Assembly: GCA_963693365.1 (NCBI GenBank)
Contig: CAVNZM010000005.1
Location: 8,285,834-8,349,833, forward strand
Direction of reading: 5' to 3'
Length of the DNA stretch: 64,000 nt
Origin: Amoebidium appalachense
Taxonomy: Eukaryota; Protista; Ichthyosporea
Shown: one piece after another, positions 1 through 14,701 of the stretch
How the letters are laid out: each line of letters begins with the position of its first letter
Numbering within the stretch: the first letter of the stretch is position 1
Translations under genes and position numbers: made by a program
The notes under the pieces: generated by a model
What the model saw: the letters and a program-made list of their open reading frames with translations, nothing else
The model's database searches: none
Told to the model about the DNA's origin: nothing

Positions 1-570
1 CAATGGTGGGAAACACCACGAGCCGTGCCAGGGAACGCATGTTTGACATCATCTTGTGGCACCCAGGCATATCGGAATATTTGCGTATGTCTATTTTTTT
101 CTGACTTCTAAAATCGTAAAAACAGTTTTAAGTCGGTTGTAGGTATTAGTGAATAAGTGACAACGTCAGGAACCCGTCCTCTCCTATCCCAAGTTTAACA
201 CCGGCTGAGTGGTACTGGGAGGTCACGTGTACCAATAATCACAGGGAGAGTTTGCTGCTCAGCCAACTCAAAATGTACACAAGTAATCGCTCTTCTCGCC
301 TTTCTGCTTGGTATAGTTAAAACATAGGTCTGTCTCTTCTTTTTGTCTTTTCCAACGATAGCGCCGGCTAACCTTAGGATAAGTGACAGCAGAAGAGCCG
401 AGTGACAGCGCTACAAAAAATTAGCAGGCTTTTGCTGTTGCCACTGACATGGCATGGTGATGTCAAAACGGGCACCACTTTTTAAATCTTTAGTTTGCGT
501 AAGTCATTCTACCATATATGGTATACTTCTGCTTCAAATTGAGGGGGGGCAAAATGGTGACTCTGCGTCA

Positions 571-810
571 ATGACGTCATCTATTCGCTGTTTCCCGTTG
601 ACTCAAGATAGGTTCAGAAAACCACAAAAATATTTCATATAAATAGTAATAAACGAATAAACAACAGTTTTTATAGCTCTTTCTACATGTTTTCGTGAAT
701 ACAATATCCGACAATGTATAGAAATCGTGGTCTTTGATGATTGGGTGTTGCGTTACTGCAGCCAATCGCCAAAGAGCACCTTTGCGCGCGAAAGCCGCAT
801 GCGCATGCGC
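571..810. promoter_or_regulatory. Putative promoter motif cluster upstream of the ankyrin-kinase gene
   Basis: ATGACGTCAT (CRE palindrome, 571-580), opposed CCAAT boxes (GATTGG 739-744, AGCCAATC 760-767), TTTGCGCGCGAAA (E2F-like, 781-793) and GCATGCGCATGCGC (NRF1-like, 797-810). They lie 0.7-0.9 kb upstream of the ATG at 1509. Motif match only. Confidence 0.35.
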
Positions 811-1508
811 CCGTGCTGTGCATAGCAGAGTGGAGGGGAGAGAAGAGAGGTGGAAAGAGTTCGGAAAGGGTCATGTTGGAGAGTGTGTGGAGTCCGGGAG
901 AGTTTTAAGGCGTTTGTCGAAAAAAAGGAAAAGCATTTGTATTTGCAAGCATACATCGCTGGGACTTTAAATTAGAGGTTAGCACGCCAGGCGGGCAACC
1001 CCACGCGAAACATACTCGTCAGCAACCAAACGCAGCACACCAGCTGCACTCAGCGCAGCACGAAACAATACCATAAACTGTAAGATTCAAAGACACGGAC
1101 CAAAGAGAACGTGCATTTAGGAGGATATACTCGCTTTATATAACCAAGCCGCTGCTTAGGGAATTCCACAGTACATTATTTGTCCACATGGTTGCTTACC
1201 CTAAAGCACAAATTCAACACCACCAAAGAACAATTGTCAGTTTCCTTTCAGAGCACCACTCGTGTGTGATTTGTGACCCAAGAGTCAAACGTCACCAGCA
1301 TTCACACTCAAGAATAGCATTTCTCGTAGTCAACCTATTTAGAAACGAAATCCCAGAAATCGAGATCTAATTTTAGCACGCAGACGATCCAGTATAACAT
1401 TGCCGTCTTGTTTACAGAGCACGGTGTGGCTGCCGGAGGGAGAATGGATCCCTCAGGGGACTGTCTCTTTTAGTGCTGTACGCTAGGTGCCCATATAAGA
1501 AAGGTAGC

Positions 1509-2342
1509 ATGACGGTGGTTGCTGCCACCCACACGACCATGCCGGCGGTCGACCCCCCTGCAAGCCCACAGCCTATTGGCTCCCCAACCAAAGGTATACA
1601 AGGCACGGCACGTTGTGTGCAGCGGAGGGAAAGGAGGGGGGGGGGGGGGGAGATGCTTGCGTGTATGTGCTTGTGGAGAGGGTTTGTGCACACGTGTGCC
1701 TGGGTGTGTATGCGTATGTGTGTGTGCTTGTGTGTGATTTGGACGGGGGGGAAGAGGAAGGGGTTGGGGGCGAGGAGAAGGGGGGGGGGGGGTAGCAGTG
1801 GGTGCCGTGGAGCGGGGGAAGGAGGGGAGGGGAGGGGAAGGGGGGGTGGGAAGGTTGGAGAAAAAGAAAGGGGGGGGGGGGGGGGAAGGAAGGGGTGGTG
1901 TGGTGGCTAGACGGGGCTTTGATTTCAGGAAGGGTCTTGCAACGGTGCGAGGCTCTGAGGACTAGCAGATCTGCACACATGTGGTTGTGTTTGTGTACGA
2001 GTTGGTGTCGATATCACTGTGCATGCATGCCTTTGTACGTGCGCATTTTCCTCATCTCCCGTTGTGGCTATTATGTGTTCTTTATTTGTACAACTTTGTG
2101 TGCTATGTGGTCCTATGCATCCTGTGATAGGTTGAGAAAAGGAGGTTTGGATTGAAAGGTAACGGGGACAGGGGTATGGCTCATTTCTAGGTGTGTACCT
2201 GGTGGGGGCGGGGGATCTTTATTTGCCACTCCTTGCTCACTTGGTGACACCACAGGCAAGTTGGCGCAGAGCAAGTCGTATCTGAATGGAAACACCAGTG
2301 CACTGGGCGACGTCCTGCAACTGCTGGCCGCCAGTGGTGTGT

Positions 2343-2382
<40 letters not shown>

Positions 2383-2527
2383 CCCCGCCCGCCCGCCCCC
2401 ACCACCACCACCACCACCACCAACACATCCACATAAAGTTTCTAGTTGTGACCTTTTGAAATGTGATGCGTGCAAACACGTTCCCGTTCTCCCAGATCCT
2501 TCCCCCTTCTCCCCCCCCCCCCCCCTC

Positions 2528-2565
<38 letters not shown>

Positions 2566-3047
2566 TCGTTATAATGCATGCATCAACTCTTTCTCCCCCC
2601 CCCCTCTCGGTGTGGGTGTGGGTGTTGGTGAGGGCATGGGCGTGTGTGTGTGTGTGTGTGTGTATTGATTTATGTATAGGAATGAAGAGATAATAGTTGA
2701 AAGCTGCTTCGCCTTCTCAGCCTGATATGATCAACCCTCCGACCAAGGTCCACGTTGTGCATCTGGATATGTTTTACGGCACATTATTACAAGGATAGCA
2801 CGATCACGGGAAAAACTTGCGCAGTGGCTTCACATGCTGGAGGGAAGTAATTGGGGCACGTGGTGACGTGTTTGGGGATTGTGCAGGCAAGGGGGACCTT
2901 AGCACGGTGCAGGCACTGTGTGGCCGTGTGGGGGTCAACGAGTGCATGAAGTACGACGGAAGGACAGCCCTGCATGTGGCTGCTGCAGAGGTGCGACACA
3001 CACACACACGTACATGCACGTACACACACACACACACACACACATAC

Positions 3048-3083
<36 letters not shown>

Positions 3084-3257
3084 GCACACAAAAACACACT
3101 CGCACACTCCAAGATACGGACACACACACACACACACACAAACACAACACAACACACATATACACACGTGCTTTCATGCATGGCATGCGCACACGCATGC
3201 ACACACACAACACACACGTGCACGGTCCTCTTACACCCCCCCCCCTCCCCTCCCCAG

Positions 3258-3290
<33 letters not shown>

Positions 3291-3324
3291 CCCTCCCTCC
3301 CTCCCCTCCCTTCCCTCCCCCCCC

Positions 3325-3368
<44 letters not shown>

Positions 3369-3882
3369 CCCTTCTCCTCCCCCCCCCCCCCCCCTTCCCC
3401 TCCTACCTTCTTTTTCCCCCCCTTCCCCCCCCCCCCCCCCCCCCCTGGCCAAACCCTGTATACACTCTTCTCATCAGCAGGTCTCTAACCCACTCTGCAG
3501 AACGTTTTACGCATTTCTCCCCTCGGAGAACTTGGTCGTTGGTGCGTTTTTGTCTGACATCTAACGACTCTGCAGGGTCCCCTGAGACTACTGACACTCT
3601 AACATTCCCTCCCCTCTCTTACTTCCCCCCCCCCCCTCCCCCTTTCCCTCCTCCTTCCCCTCCCATTTTCTCTGCACACCCAACAGGTCTTAACCAGATC
3701 TGCACATCGTTAGTCACAATCTTCTCACATATATGAGAGAATGATCGTATTGGTACGATTTGTCTAATATCTGACGATTCTGCAGCATCCCTAAGACCCC
3801 CCTCCCCCTCCCCTCCCCCCCCCTCCCCCCCCCCCCCCCCCACCTTCTCTCTCTCTCTCTCTCCCTCTCTCCTCCTCTCCTC

Positions 3883-3963
<81 letters not shown>

Positions 3964-3968
3964 TTCCT

Positions 3969-4007
<39 letters not shown>

Positions 4008-4068
4008 GCGCCTGTTGTTTTGCTTGTCATTTGTTGTTCTGGTTGATTACCTGTAATCTTCGCTTATT

Positions 4069-4103
<35 letters not shown>

Positions 4104-5437
4104 TGTGCGGGGTTGCACATACCGGTGTCTACTTTTCTTCTTACTGTTTTTCTCTCCACACACTTCATCTGTCCACTTCTGCATACCCCCTTTCATAGCT
4201 ATAGACACACTTCACACATTGCGTTACGCGCACGCATGCACACACCGCTCTGTTGGCGACAGCTCCCTTGGAACCCATGCGGCATGTTACCCGCCGGCGT
4301 AACATAACTCGGACTATCGGTTTGGCTTTTTTCAAGCCCAAAGCAATGGGTGATACCATATTTCCGGCTGACATCCGGGGGCATAGCTTTCCGTTCGAAG
4401 ACGATAAAGTTCCGCCCTAGTAAGCGTGTTACTACCCTGCGGCGTGGGTCAAATCTCATATTTTCCCCTCTGATTACGAATTCTGTGGCCTTCGGGACTT
4501 AATTCTTTTCAGCTGGTGTAGTATGTTAGCCAGGGAAGTATCGACTTAGGTATCGACGGGGGAGCTTCCTAGAAGCCCCGTCTCCTGAGTTCCTATCTAT
4601 ATTTTTCTTGCTTCTGCTTACTGCTGCAACTTTAACCCCCGGCCTTTCCCACTGCCCTTGCCTGCATAAGCAACCCTGCTCGTCTCTGATCAAGACGGGT
4701 GACCTACTCATGTTCAAGTGAAACAGTATCTGAGTTGGGTTTCGTTAACGAGGGGAATAGGTCGAAACTCGGGTACTGTGGATGACGTGGGCCCCCCCTG
4801 AGGATGGGCTCTGCTTATTATGCATACTCTTTATGTATGGCTTGCATTCTGCATCGTGTTATCCGTTTGTTCTTGTGTACTTCGTACTTTTTGACGCATT
4901 CAAAACCCCCCTCCCCTCCCCTCCCCCCCCCTCTGCCCCCCCCCCCTTCCCTTCAAACCCTCTCACACAGACTCTCACATTATCCCCTCAACACCTTCCC
5001 CGTGTGTGCGCCCACACACACACGTCCCCCCCCCCCCCCCCCCCCCCCCCCCCGCCCTCCCCCCCCTCTCTCTCTCTCTCTCTCTCTCCCCCCCCCCCCC
5101 CCCTCCCCTCTCTCTCTGCCCCCCTACCCCATCCCTCCTCCCCCCCTCTCCCCTCCCCTCCGTTCATAAAAACCCCTCCCCCCCACACACGGCAACACAC
5201 AAACACTGGCATGCATGAGCAGGGCAAGACGGAGGTAGTCAGATGGCTGCTGGCCCACGGTGCCGATGTGCAAGCCAGGGATCGGTGGGGCAGCACGCCA
5301 TTGGACGAGGCCACTGCCTTTGACCAATCAGACGTCTGCACCCTGCTGGTCGAGGCCGGGGCAGCACAGGCCAGCACCATGCACCACACTAAGAGGCTGA
5401 CACTCGTGGCTCAGGTCGGTTGGTCCGGGGAGGGGAA

Positions 5438-5476
<39 letters not shown>

Positions 5477-5573
5477 GAAGGAGCCCGGGGTAGAAGGGGG
5501 GGGGGGGGAGGGGGTAGGCGGGGTGATGTGTGGGTGCCTGGTGGCTTAGGTGCGGGAGGCGGGGGAAGGGGCC

Positions 5574-5615
<42 letters not shown>

Positions 5616-5831
5616 TTTTTTTGGGGGGGGGGGGGGGGGTGCGGGGAAGGACAGAGTGATGGCTGGGGGGAGGGGGGGGGGGGGTTGGGTGGGTGTTTTT
5701 TGAGGGGGGAGGGGCCGGTGGGGAAGGGGGTCGGTGGGTAGGCAGGTGTGTGAGGGATGGGCCCGGGGGGGAGGGAGGGGGGTGGAGAGAGAGGTAGGGG
5801 GAGAACGTGGTGTGTGTGTGTGTGTGTGCAG

Positions 5832-5882
<51 letters not shown>

Positions 5883-6243
5883 TCTGTTGGCAGGGGGAGG
5901 GGGGGGGGGATGTGTGCCCGTGGGTGGGTGGAAGGGGGGAGGGGGGGGGGGGGGGGGAGGGGGGACAATAACCCAAGGGGAGGGGATGAGGGGGGGGGGG
6001 GGGGGGGGTATGTGGAGAGTTGGTGACAGGCGTTGGCGGAAGGACAATAATGGTGGGAGGGAAGGGGGGTGTGGGGTGTGGCGTTCTGTTCAGCTTTTTC
6101 CCGAGGGAGTCACAATAGTGGATCGCTCGTGGGCTTGGACGGCTCGGTTGGTTGGTTGGTTGCGATGGCAGAAAATGGGGTGAGGGCTGGGGTGCAGACA
6201 CAGGACATCTTGGTGAGGCAAGAGGAGAAATTGTGGGCCGTAA

Positions 6244-6292
<49 letters not shown>

Positions 6293-6294
6293 CC

Positions 6295-6329
<35 letters not shown>

Positions 6330-7129
6330 GGCCGTGAATGTGTGTGTGTGTGTGTGTGCGTGTGAGTGGGTGGGTGGGTGGGTGGGTGGGTGGGTGGGTG
6401 GGTGGGTGGGTGGGTGGGTGGGTGGGTGAGGAGGGGGTGGGGGGAGGTCATAACTTTGCCTGTGCTGAGTGGACTGGTGGGCACAGATGTGTGCTGCAGC
6501 AGGGGCCGGGATGATAGAGGAGGTCAAGAGACTGGTGGAGGAGGAGGGGGTGGACCCCAATGCAATGAGCTATTTTAAGCGCAGACCAATGCACTTTGCC
6601 TGTGGACGCAACCAGATGGAGGTGTGTGTGTGGGGGGGGGGGGGGGGGGGGGGAGAAGGGGGAGGGGATACGGCAGGCTGGTACGTGGAGAAGCGGAGGG
6701 GGCGGCGGCGGCGGCGGGGGGGGGGGGGAGTGGGGGGGGGATGCTAGTGTGGCGACGCGGGTTGATAGGTGGGGGGATGGCGGAGGCTTGGGGGGGGCGG
6801 GGAGGGGGGAGGGGAAGGGGGTTGCGTGGAGTGGTGGCATTTTTTCTGTTGTATAAGGGGTTTTGGGCGGAAAGGGGGCCCAAGGGGGAAGGAGGGGGGG
6901 AGGCAGGGGAGGGAGCCGGGCAGGTGAGGCCACGAAGGGTGGGAGGAAAAGGGGGGAAAGGGTGGAAGGGCTGGTGAGGAGAAACTAGGGAGAGAGCGAT
7001 TGGTATGGAGGGAGAGACGGGTGCAGATGGTTGGGGTACTTGTGTGGGTGGTGAGGGGGAGGCGAGGGAGGGAAGGGTGTTTTGGGACGGTGGTGGGTTG
7101 TGGCGGAAGAAGGTGGAGGGGTGTTTCTG

Positions 7130-7171
<42 letters not shown>

Positions 7172-7559
7172 GGAGGGAGGGGGGGGGGGGGGGGGGGGGA
7201 GATAGATGGTGCAGGGGACACGGGCATAACGACACCTTTTTTGCAGTGTGTGTGTGTGTGGAGGGGGGGTGGCACAGATAAATAGTGGGAGGCACACAGC
7301 AGATAAATGGTGGGGGATACAGTTATAACATTGTGTTCCACTCAGGTGGTCAAGTATCTACTGAGCAAAGGAACCAACCCCACGGTCATTGACCAGTACG
7401 GAGACACGCCTCTGGGCAACGCCATTCTGCACGAGCACAGGGACATGGTGCAGTTTCTAAGGGCCAACGGCGCACGAACAAACACACCCCCATTTAGGTA
7501 GGTGTGGTGGTGGTGGGGAAGGGGATGGGGGTCGAAGGGGAAAGGTTGTGAAAGGTTGG

Positions 7560-7594
<35 letters not shown>

Positions 7595-8056
7595 GGGGGT
7601 GGGGAAGGGGGTGCCGGGGAAAGGGGCGGGGGGAGGCGGAGATGGGGTGCTGGGGGGAAAGGGGGGGTGGGGGAGGCGGGGGGGGGGAGGGGGAACAGGG
7701 TGGAGGAGGGGGCTGGAGTCAGTGTTTCAACGAAACGGGTATGGGTTTATGTCGGGAAAGAGGGAAGACCCTGGAGAGAGAGGGAGCGGGGGGGGGGGGG
7801 GGGGGGGGGGCTTGTATCAACACATTTTGCAGTTGAATACGTGTTTTTATGTGTGCAAATATGCTCTTACACTCCCACTGTACGTGCGCCGTGACTCAAA
7901 CAGACACGAGGGGTGGGCCTGTCCAGGCTCATGGGTTTGCACACACACCATAGTATTGTAGCCTCGGGCCAGGCCGGAACACCCTTTGAAAAGGTCTTCG
8001 TGCCTCATGCTTGATTGCCACCTTTGGGTTGTTTACATGCGTGCACACATACACAA

Positions 8057-8100
<44 letters not shown>

Positions 8101-8249
8101 CTGCACTGTGGGCAATACACACAGAGAGAGAGAGACCTACACCGCACACAAACACATACACAACCACGTAATATTGTGCTGTGGGCAACGCATAACAAAC
8201 ATCCCCACACACTTGCACCCGCATGCACCCACACAGACACACGCACACC

Positions 8250-8298
<49 letters not shown>

Positions 8299-9637
8299 AC
8301 TGACATCCCCCTCCCCCTTCCCCAGCATCCACATGGAGCTGATTGCTGCCGCCAGCACGGGCAATCTGAAAGAGCTGCAGCGGTTGGTGGACCTGGAGGG
8401 TGCCCCCGTCAATGCAGGTGGGTGTGTGTGTGTGGGGGGGGGGGGGGGGGGGGGGGGGGGATGTGTGTGTTGTGTGTTGGGTGGGTGGGTGAGGGGTTTG
8501 GGTGGTGGGTAAGTGTGTGTGTGTGTGTTTGTGTGGATGCCGGTGGCGGTGGGTGGGTGCATGCCGTCCTTAGCTCTGGAGAGACACAAGGTTGGGTTGG
8601 GGGGAGATGGGGTGGGGGATGGGGGCGGGGGGGCTATGTCTGTCTGGCCAAGGGCGGGGGGAGGGGGGGATGTAGTTAACTTCGGCGGTGTTTGTGCAGG
8701 GGACTATGATGGGCGCACACCACTGCACCTTGCAGCCAGTGAGGGCCACATGCTCGTGGTGACCTATCTGCTGGAGAAGGGCGCTGACGTCAACCAGAAG
8801 GTGCGTGGTTGGTGGTGGTCTTGGTTGGTTTTTTTTTGGTTTTTTTTTTTTTTTTTTTTTTTGGGGGGGGGGGGGGGTGACGGGTAAGAGGCAGTGAGAG
8901 GAGAGGGTGGGTACACTCTGTGTGGTTGCCCTCCATATGTTAACCTGTTCATACCCGCAAATTTCCCAAGATCGAGATCGACGTGTCACTTTTCGAGTTT
9001 GTGCTCTAATGTGAGCATGAAGTTGATAAGAACTAGCCAAAGAAATTTTGCACGAAAGTCATATATATATTCATTCTTCGTTGCATGCAAAAAAAAAAAA
9101 GAACTTTGTTTTAGCACACGATACTTTGTATATGGTGTAACTTCGAAGGGTGCTTGGCGGCTCGACGAGTCAATGTCGACATCCAAATGCTGTCAATGCA
9201 ATCTTCTGATTGGACCTTGTGAAAAGGACAGAAAGTGATTGGTCGGCTCAGTCGACATTCGGTGGCAGCTCCAAGATTTTTTCAAAATCTCGAAAGTCTC
9301 TTTATAAAAGTTTACGAAATAATGATATTTTCCACAAACCATCTTAGTAAGGTATGTAGGTAAGACATATACCTGTCGGCATATGCAATTTATTTGAGCT
9401 TTTTCTATCGATTATGAGCTGCATTAGAGTTGTTTAGGCCTTGGACGGGACCCGTCCAAATCAATTAGTCTGGGTCTCAAGAGGTTAAATGTGTATGAAT
9501 GCGTAGGTATTTGGTCGGCAGGGGGGAGAGGCCGGACAGTGGAGGGGGGGAAGGGGAGGGGGGGGGGGGGGGGGGGGAGGGAGGTGGAGGGGGAGGTGAC
9601 TGGATAATGATGTGTGTGTCAATGGGTGGTCGGAGGC

Positions 9638-9670
<33 letters not shown>

Positions 9671-11586
9671 CACGCTTATGAACACGTGACACCCCACCAT
9701 TGACACGTGCGTGCGTGCCATTGACACGCGCGTGCACGCACGCGCGCGCGCACACACATACACACACACACACATGCACGCACACACACACAGCTGTATG
9801 TTTTTGTTTTTTTTTTCTTTGGTGGGGGGGGGGGGGGGGGTGAGGGGGGCTAAGTGAAATTTGATTTATAGGTGTGTGTCAACGGGTGGCCGTGTAGGGA
9901 AGGGACACAGTTGGGACCATGCAAGCGTATGCACACAAGAAATGCACACACACACACACACACACACACTCCCATCCTCATTCTGTGTACATTTAGGACC
10001 GTGGGGGCATGACACCCCTTGGGGATGCCCTGCGGTCTGGGCACGTGGAGGTAGCAGACCTGCTGCAGGCAAAGGGGGCAGTGGGGGACACACAGCCGGC
10101 AGACTTGAGCAGGAGGCTGTGCACGGCTGCAGCACGAGGCAACCTGCAGAGGGTGCGTGGGTGTGGGTGTACGTGTGTGGTGGTGGTGGGGGGAATGGTG
10201 AGTTTGAGGGAGAAGGGAGATCTGCATGGGGGGGAAAGGGAGGGAATGCAGACACAAGGCAGTGGGGTGGGGGGTGGGGATGGGGGGCATACAAGTGTTG
10301 GGTGTTTGTTGGTAGACCGAAATGTTGTTGGGCTTGTAGGTGCGGGGTTGGTGGTGGTGCCTCCCCCGGGGGGTAGGGGGGCAATCTTGGGGAGGGGAGG
10401 GGAGACTTGGGTTAGTTATATAGAATCATTCGGTTACTGGTCAATGGACCAGATATGTGAGGGTGGGTGGGTTTGGCTGAGAAAGCGTCATTGAAGAGGG
10501 GGGGGGGGGGGGGGGAGAGAGGGGGATGGTTATGTTTCATGTATTTAGCACAGCAGTACTCATTGGCATAGTGGGTGTTGTGTGTGTGCTCCACGCCATA
10601 CGCGGAGTTGGCAACAACACTACACACACATACACGAACACATGAACACACACACACGAACACACACATACTTTACACTCCATTGAACAACAGTCATGGG
10701 GACCACCCCCACCTCCAGCACAAGGTGCTTAGTGTCGTGGATGTGTGACCTGTGCAATTGCATTTTTCTACATGTTTGGCATCATATGCTTACACGTGGT
10801 GTGGGTATAGGTGCAGCACCTGGTGGAGAAACAGAAAGCAGAGATCAACAGCATGGACTACGCCTCCAGAACACGTATGGGCCACACCAGTTTGTGTGTG
10901 TGGGTGGGTGGGGGTGGGGGGGGGGGGGGGGTGGGTGGTTCAGTGGGTGTGTAGGTGTGGGTGGCTCGGTGTGTGTCTCTGTCTGTGGGTGAGTGGGTGG
11001 GCGGGCGGACGTGTGGGTGTGTCTGTGGGTGTTTTTCCATGTCTCTATGTGCTGTTTATTGTTCATGAACGAGTACGTGCGCGCGGGTGTGTGTGTGTGT
11101 GTGTGTGTGTGTGTTGTGTGTATTTGTGCGTGTGTGCATGTGTGTGCGCGCACGCATGGTTTAGTAGTGGGGATGGGGGAGGGGGGGGGGGGGTTGGGGA
11201 GGGGGGAAGGGAGGGAGGGAGGGATTGTGGGCGCAGGTGGATGTGGTGGGTGTCTAGACGGTAGAGTCTGTCGTAGGACACATGCCTTTTACCTTCTTCC
11301 TCCTCACTATTTCAGCGCAAGAATTTGCACGCTTTCTATGTTTAGCCTGTGCACTTACACGTGTGTCCATTTTTAGCGCTGCACCTAGCAGCCACAGAGG
11401 GCCATGTGGAGGTAGTGCGCTATCTGCTGGATGCGGGGGCAAACGTCAATGCCACGGACAAGAACAACAACACCCCCCTGGCAAATGCTATACAGGCCGC
11501 AAAACAGGTACTGCCACACCCCAATAAGTATAATGGAATGGAATGTAGCACAAAATAGAACATGAAGGAAGGAAATGGGGTTGGAA

Positions 11587-11638
<52 letters not shown>

Positions 11639-12783
11639 GCACACACGAGCACATTGATGCTTTTGCGCACATACATAGAGAGACACTGCCATTCAAACAC
11701 ATATGTGCATCATGTCTTGTGCTCTGTGCATACGTGTCCCCGTTCTTGTTGCCATGGCCCAAGTCTCTCTATGTACCCCCTTGTGACGTCATTCACTCCT
11801 AGGACGTGGTGGAACTTCTGCGTGCGCGGGGGGGCAGCACGTTCACGACGGAGGAGAATACGGTGACCCGCTTTGTGGCTGCAGCAGGGGCAGGCCGGCT
11901 GCAGGAGGTGGAGGAGATGGTGCGGTTGCACGGCATGGACGTCAATAAGGGTGCGTGGAAGGGGGTGGAAGAGGGGGGGAAGAGGGGGGATGGGGTGGGT
12001 GGAAGCGAAAGGGGAGGGGGTGGGGGGCCGGGGGGGGGGCACGGAGGTGCTGGACAGACATACAATTGGGATATGTTTGTGTGTTAGGCGTAACCGTACG
12101 GAAAGTGTGGACACGCATTGGTGGTGTGTTGCATGTTTCCCTACTTGTGTTTTTCATGCACGCTGCTGTACCGGTGTTTCTGATTGTAGCACAGGGCCTC
12201 AGGCCATGCAGTTATTAATAGAGTCTGGACAGGGGACTATGACCAGCGGACTGCGCTGCACCTAGCAGCCAGTGAGGGCCATGTGGAGGTGGTGGAGTAT
12301 CTGCTGGGGGCTGGGGCCAGTGCCAGTGTGCAGGATCGGTGGATGAATACCCCACTGGGTGAGGCCGTGAACCACGGCCACCAGGTGGGTTTGTTGGGTG
12401 TTCTTGGTTTGTGTGTATGTGTGTGGGGGGGCGGGGGGAGGGAGGAGGGGGGGGGGGGGAGGGGAAAGGTGGGTGGTGGTGTTTTGGGGGGGGGGGGGGG
12501 GGGGGGGGGTGTTTCAGGAAATGCAGGGGGTAGGCCAGGAGCGAACGGGAACGTAAAATTTTGCAGAAAGGAGGTGGTATTTGTGTGTGTGTATGTTGGA
12601 GGGCATCGGGGAAAGGGGGGAAAGGGGGAGGGGGGGGGAGGGGGGGGGCAGGGTGTGAGCCCTTGGTTGAACATGTGTGGCTGGGTGTCTGCATGGGGCA
12701 TGTATGCACCTTACCTTATGACTAGCCGAATCTGTGGCGGGGAATGGAGGCGGTGATGAGGATTGTGTGCGGGTGCGGGTGCG

Positions 12784-12836
<53 letters not shown>

Positions 12837-14639
12837 GTGACGAGGAGGGGGAATGAGTAGAAGGGGAAGGAGCCAAGGGGGGAAGGAGGAGCGGCAGATT
12901 GAGGGAAGGGACAGGGGGGCGCAGGGGGGGGGGGGGGGGGATGGGCACACCACTCTTGAACTGAAGGTTCGTAAAACTGGAGGTTCGTAGTGCCCCCCTC
13001 GCACAGGTGTTTGTGCTCTAGGGATCACAGCCGCTATACTACCTAATGTAGCAGTTATGATAGCCCATATATGGCAATAATGGTGGCCTAATGTGGGCAA
13101 TAATGCAGGCGGTGGCCGAGCTGCTGAGAAGACACGGCGCAAACTTTAACACAAAGGACTTGACCGGTACGTATATCTCTGGGGGAGTTGTGTTGCTCAC
13201 CCACCGACCTACTATGTCCACCCCACATCACATTGCATGCCCGCACCCACCCACCTACTGCGTGCACATCATAGCACATTGCATGCCCACACCCACCCAC
13301 CTACTGTGTGCACATCATAGCACATTGCATGCCCACACCCACCCACCTACTGTGTGCCCATCATAGCACATTGCATGCCCACACCCACCCACCTACTGTG
13401 TGCACATCATAGCACATTGCATGCCCACACCCACCATCCTACTGTGTGCACATCATAGCACATTGCATGCCCACACCCACCCACCTACTGTGTGCACATC
13501 ATAGCACATTGCATGCCCACACCCACCATCCTACTGTGTGCACATCATAGCACATTGCATGCCCACGCCCACCATCCTACTGTGTGCACATCATAGCACA
13601 TTGCATGCCCACACCCACCAACCTACTGTGTGCACATCATAGCACATTGCATGCCCACACCCACCATCCTACTGTGTGCACATCATAGCACATTGCATGC
13701 CCACACCCACCCACCTACTGTGTGCACATCATAGCACATTGCATGCCCACACCCACCATCCTACTGTGTGCACATCATAGCACATTGCATGCCCACACCC
13801 ACCCACCTACTGTGTGCACATCATAGCACATTGCATGCTCACACCCACCCACCTACTGCGTGCAGGACTTAGGGCCGAGATGTGTGCTGCAGCCAGTGCA
13901 GGCCGGTTAGAGGACGTACAGAGGCTAGTCAAGTCGGGGGCAGACGTCAACGTGTGCGACTACGACTTGAGGTACCAGCCCAGCCCCCTCCCCCCCCCCC
14001 CCTCCCCCCCCCCCCCCCCCCCCCCCCCCCCCACTTCCCCCCGCCTCTCTGCTGCCAATTTCGTATGCTCCTTTGTGCTCTCTAATAGTTCTGTTGGTGC
14101 CTGTGCTTCGACAATGATAGCACTTCCTTGTGCTATCCAACGTGAATGTACTATATACTCAGGTACTACACTTGCTCATATGAAACCCCCTGATACGTGG
14201 TTCCTAGGACCCCCCTGCACCTTGCAGCCAGTGAGGGCCACCTGGAGGTGCTGCGGTTTCTACTGGACAGTGGGGCCAAGCCCGATGCAGAGGACAGATG
14301 GGGGGGCACACCATACAGGTAGGTCGATGTGCGGTGGTGGGTTTGACTCATAGGCGGGACGTTTATGTGTTGGAAATTCTGCTGTGAGGTTTGTGTGTGT
14401 GCGCATGTGTGTGTATTTTCTTCCCTCCATGCAGTGTTTTTGATGTGGTGCAACTGAGGGTGTTGTCGTTACTGTGAGTCTGCTCGTGCATATTGGATTT
14501 GCCCTTTAGATAGTGTTTGGCAACCTCCCCTCGCCCCCCCGCCTCCCCTCCTCCGGTTCGCCCCCCATGCACCCACCCACAAAACACACTCACTCACTCA
14601 CTCACCCACCCACTCAATCATCACGTTCACTCACTCACG

Positions 14640-14701
<62 letters not shown>

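Noticed and set aside
1434-1472. Upstream ATG (ATGGATCCC at 1444) as the ankyrin-kinase start
   Set aside because: It reaches TAG after 9 codons, whereas the ATG at 1509 gives a phase-compatible exon.
13225-13865. CRISPR-like regular array
   Set aside because: The units are head-to-tail with no unique spacers, there are no cas genes, and it lies in a spliceosomal intron.
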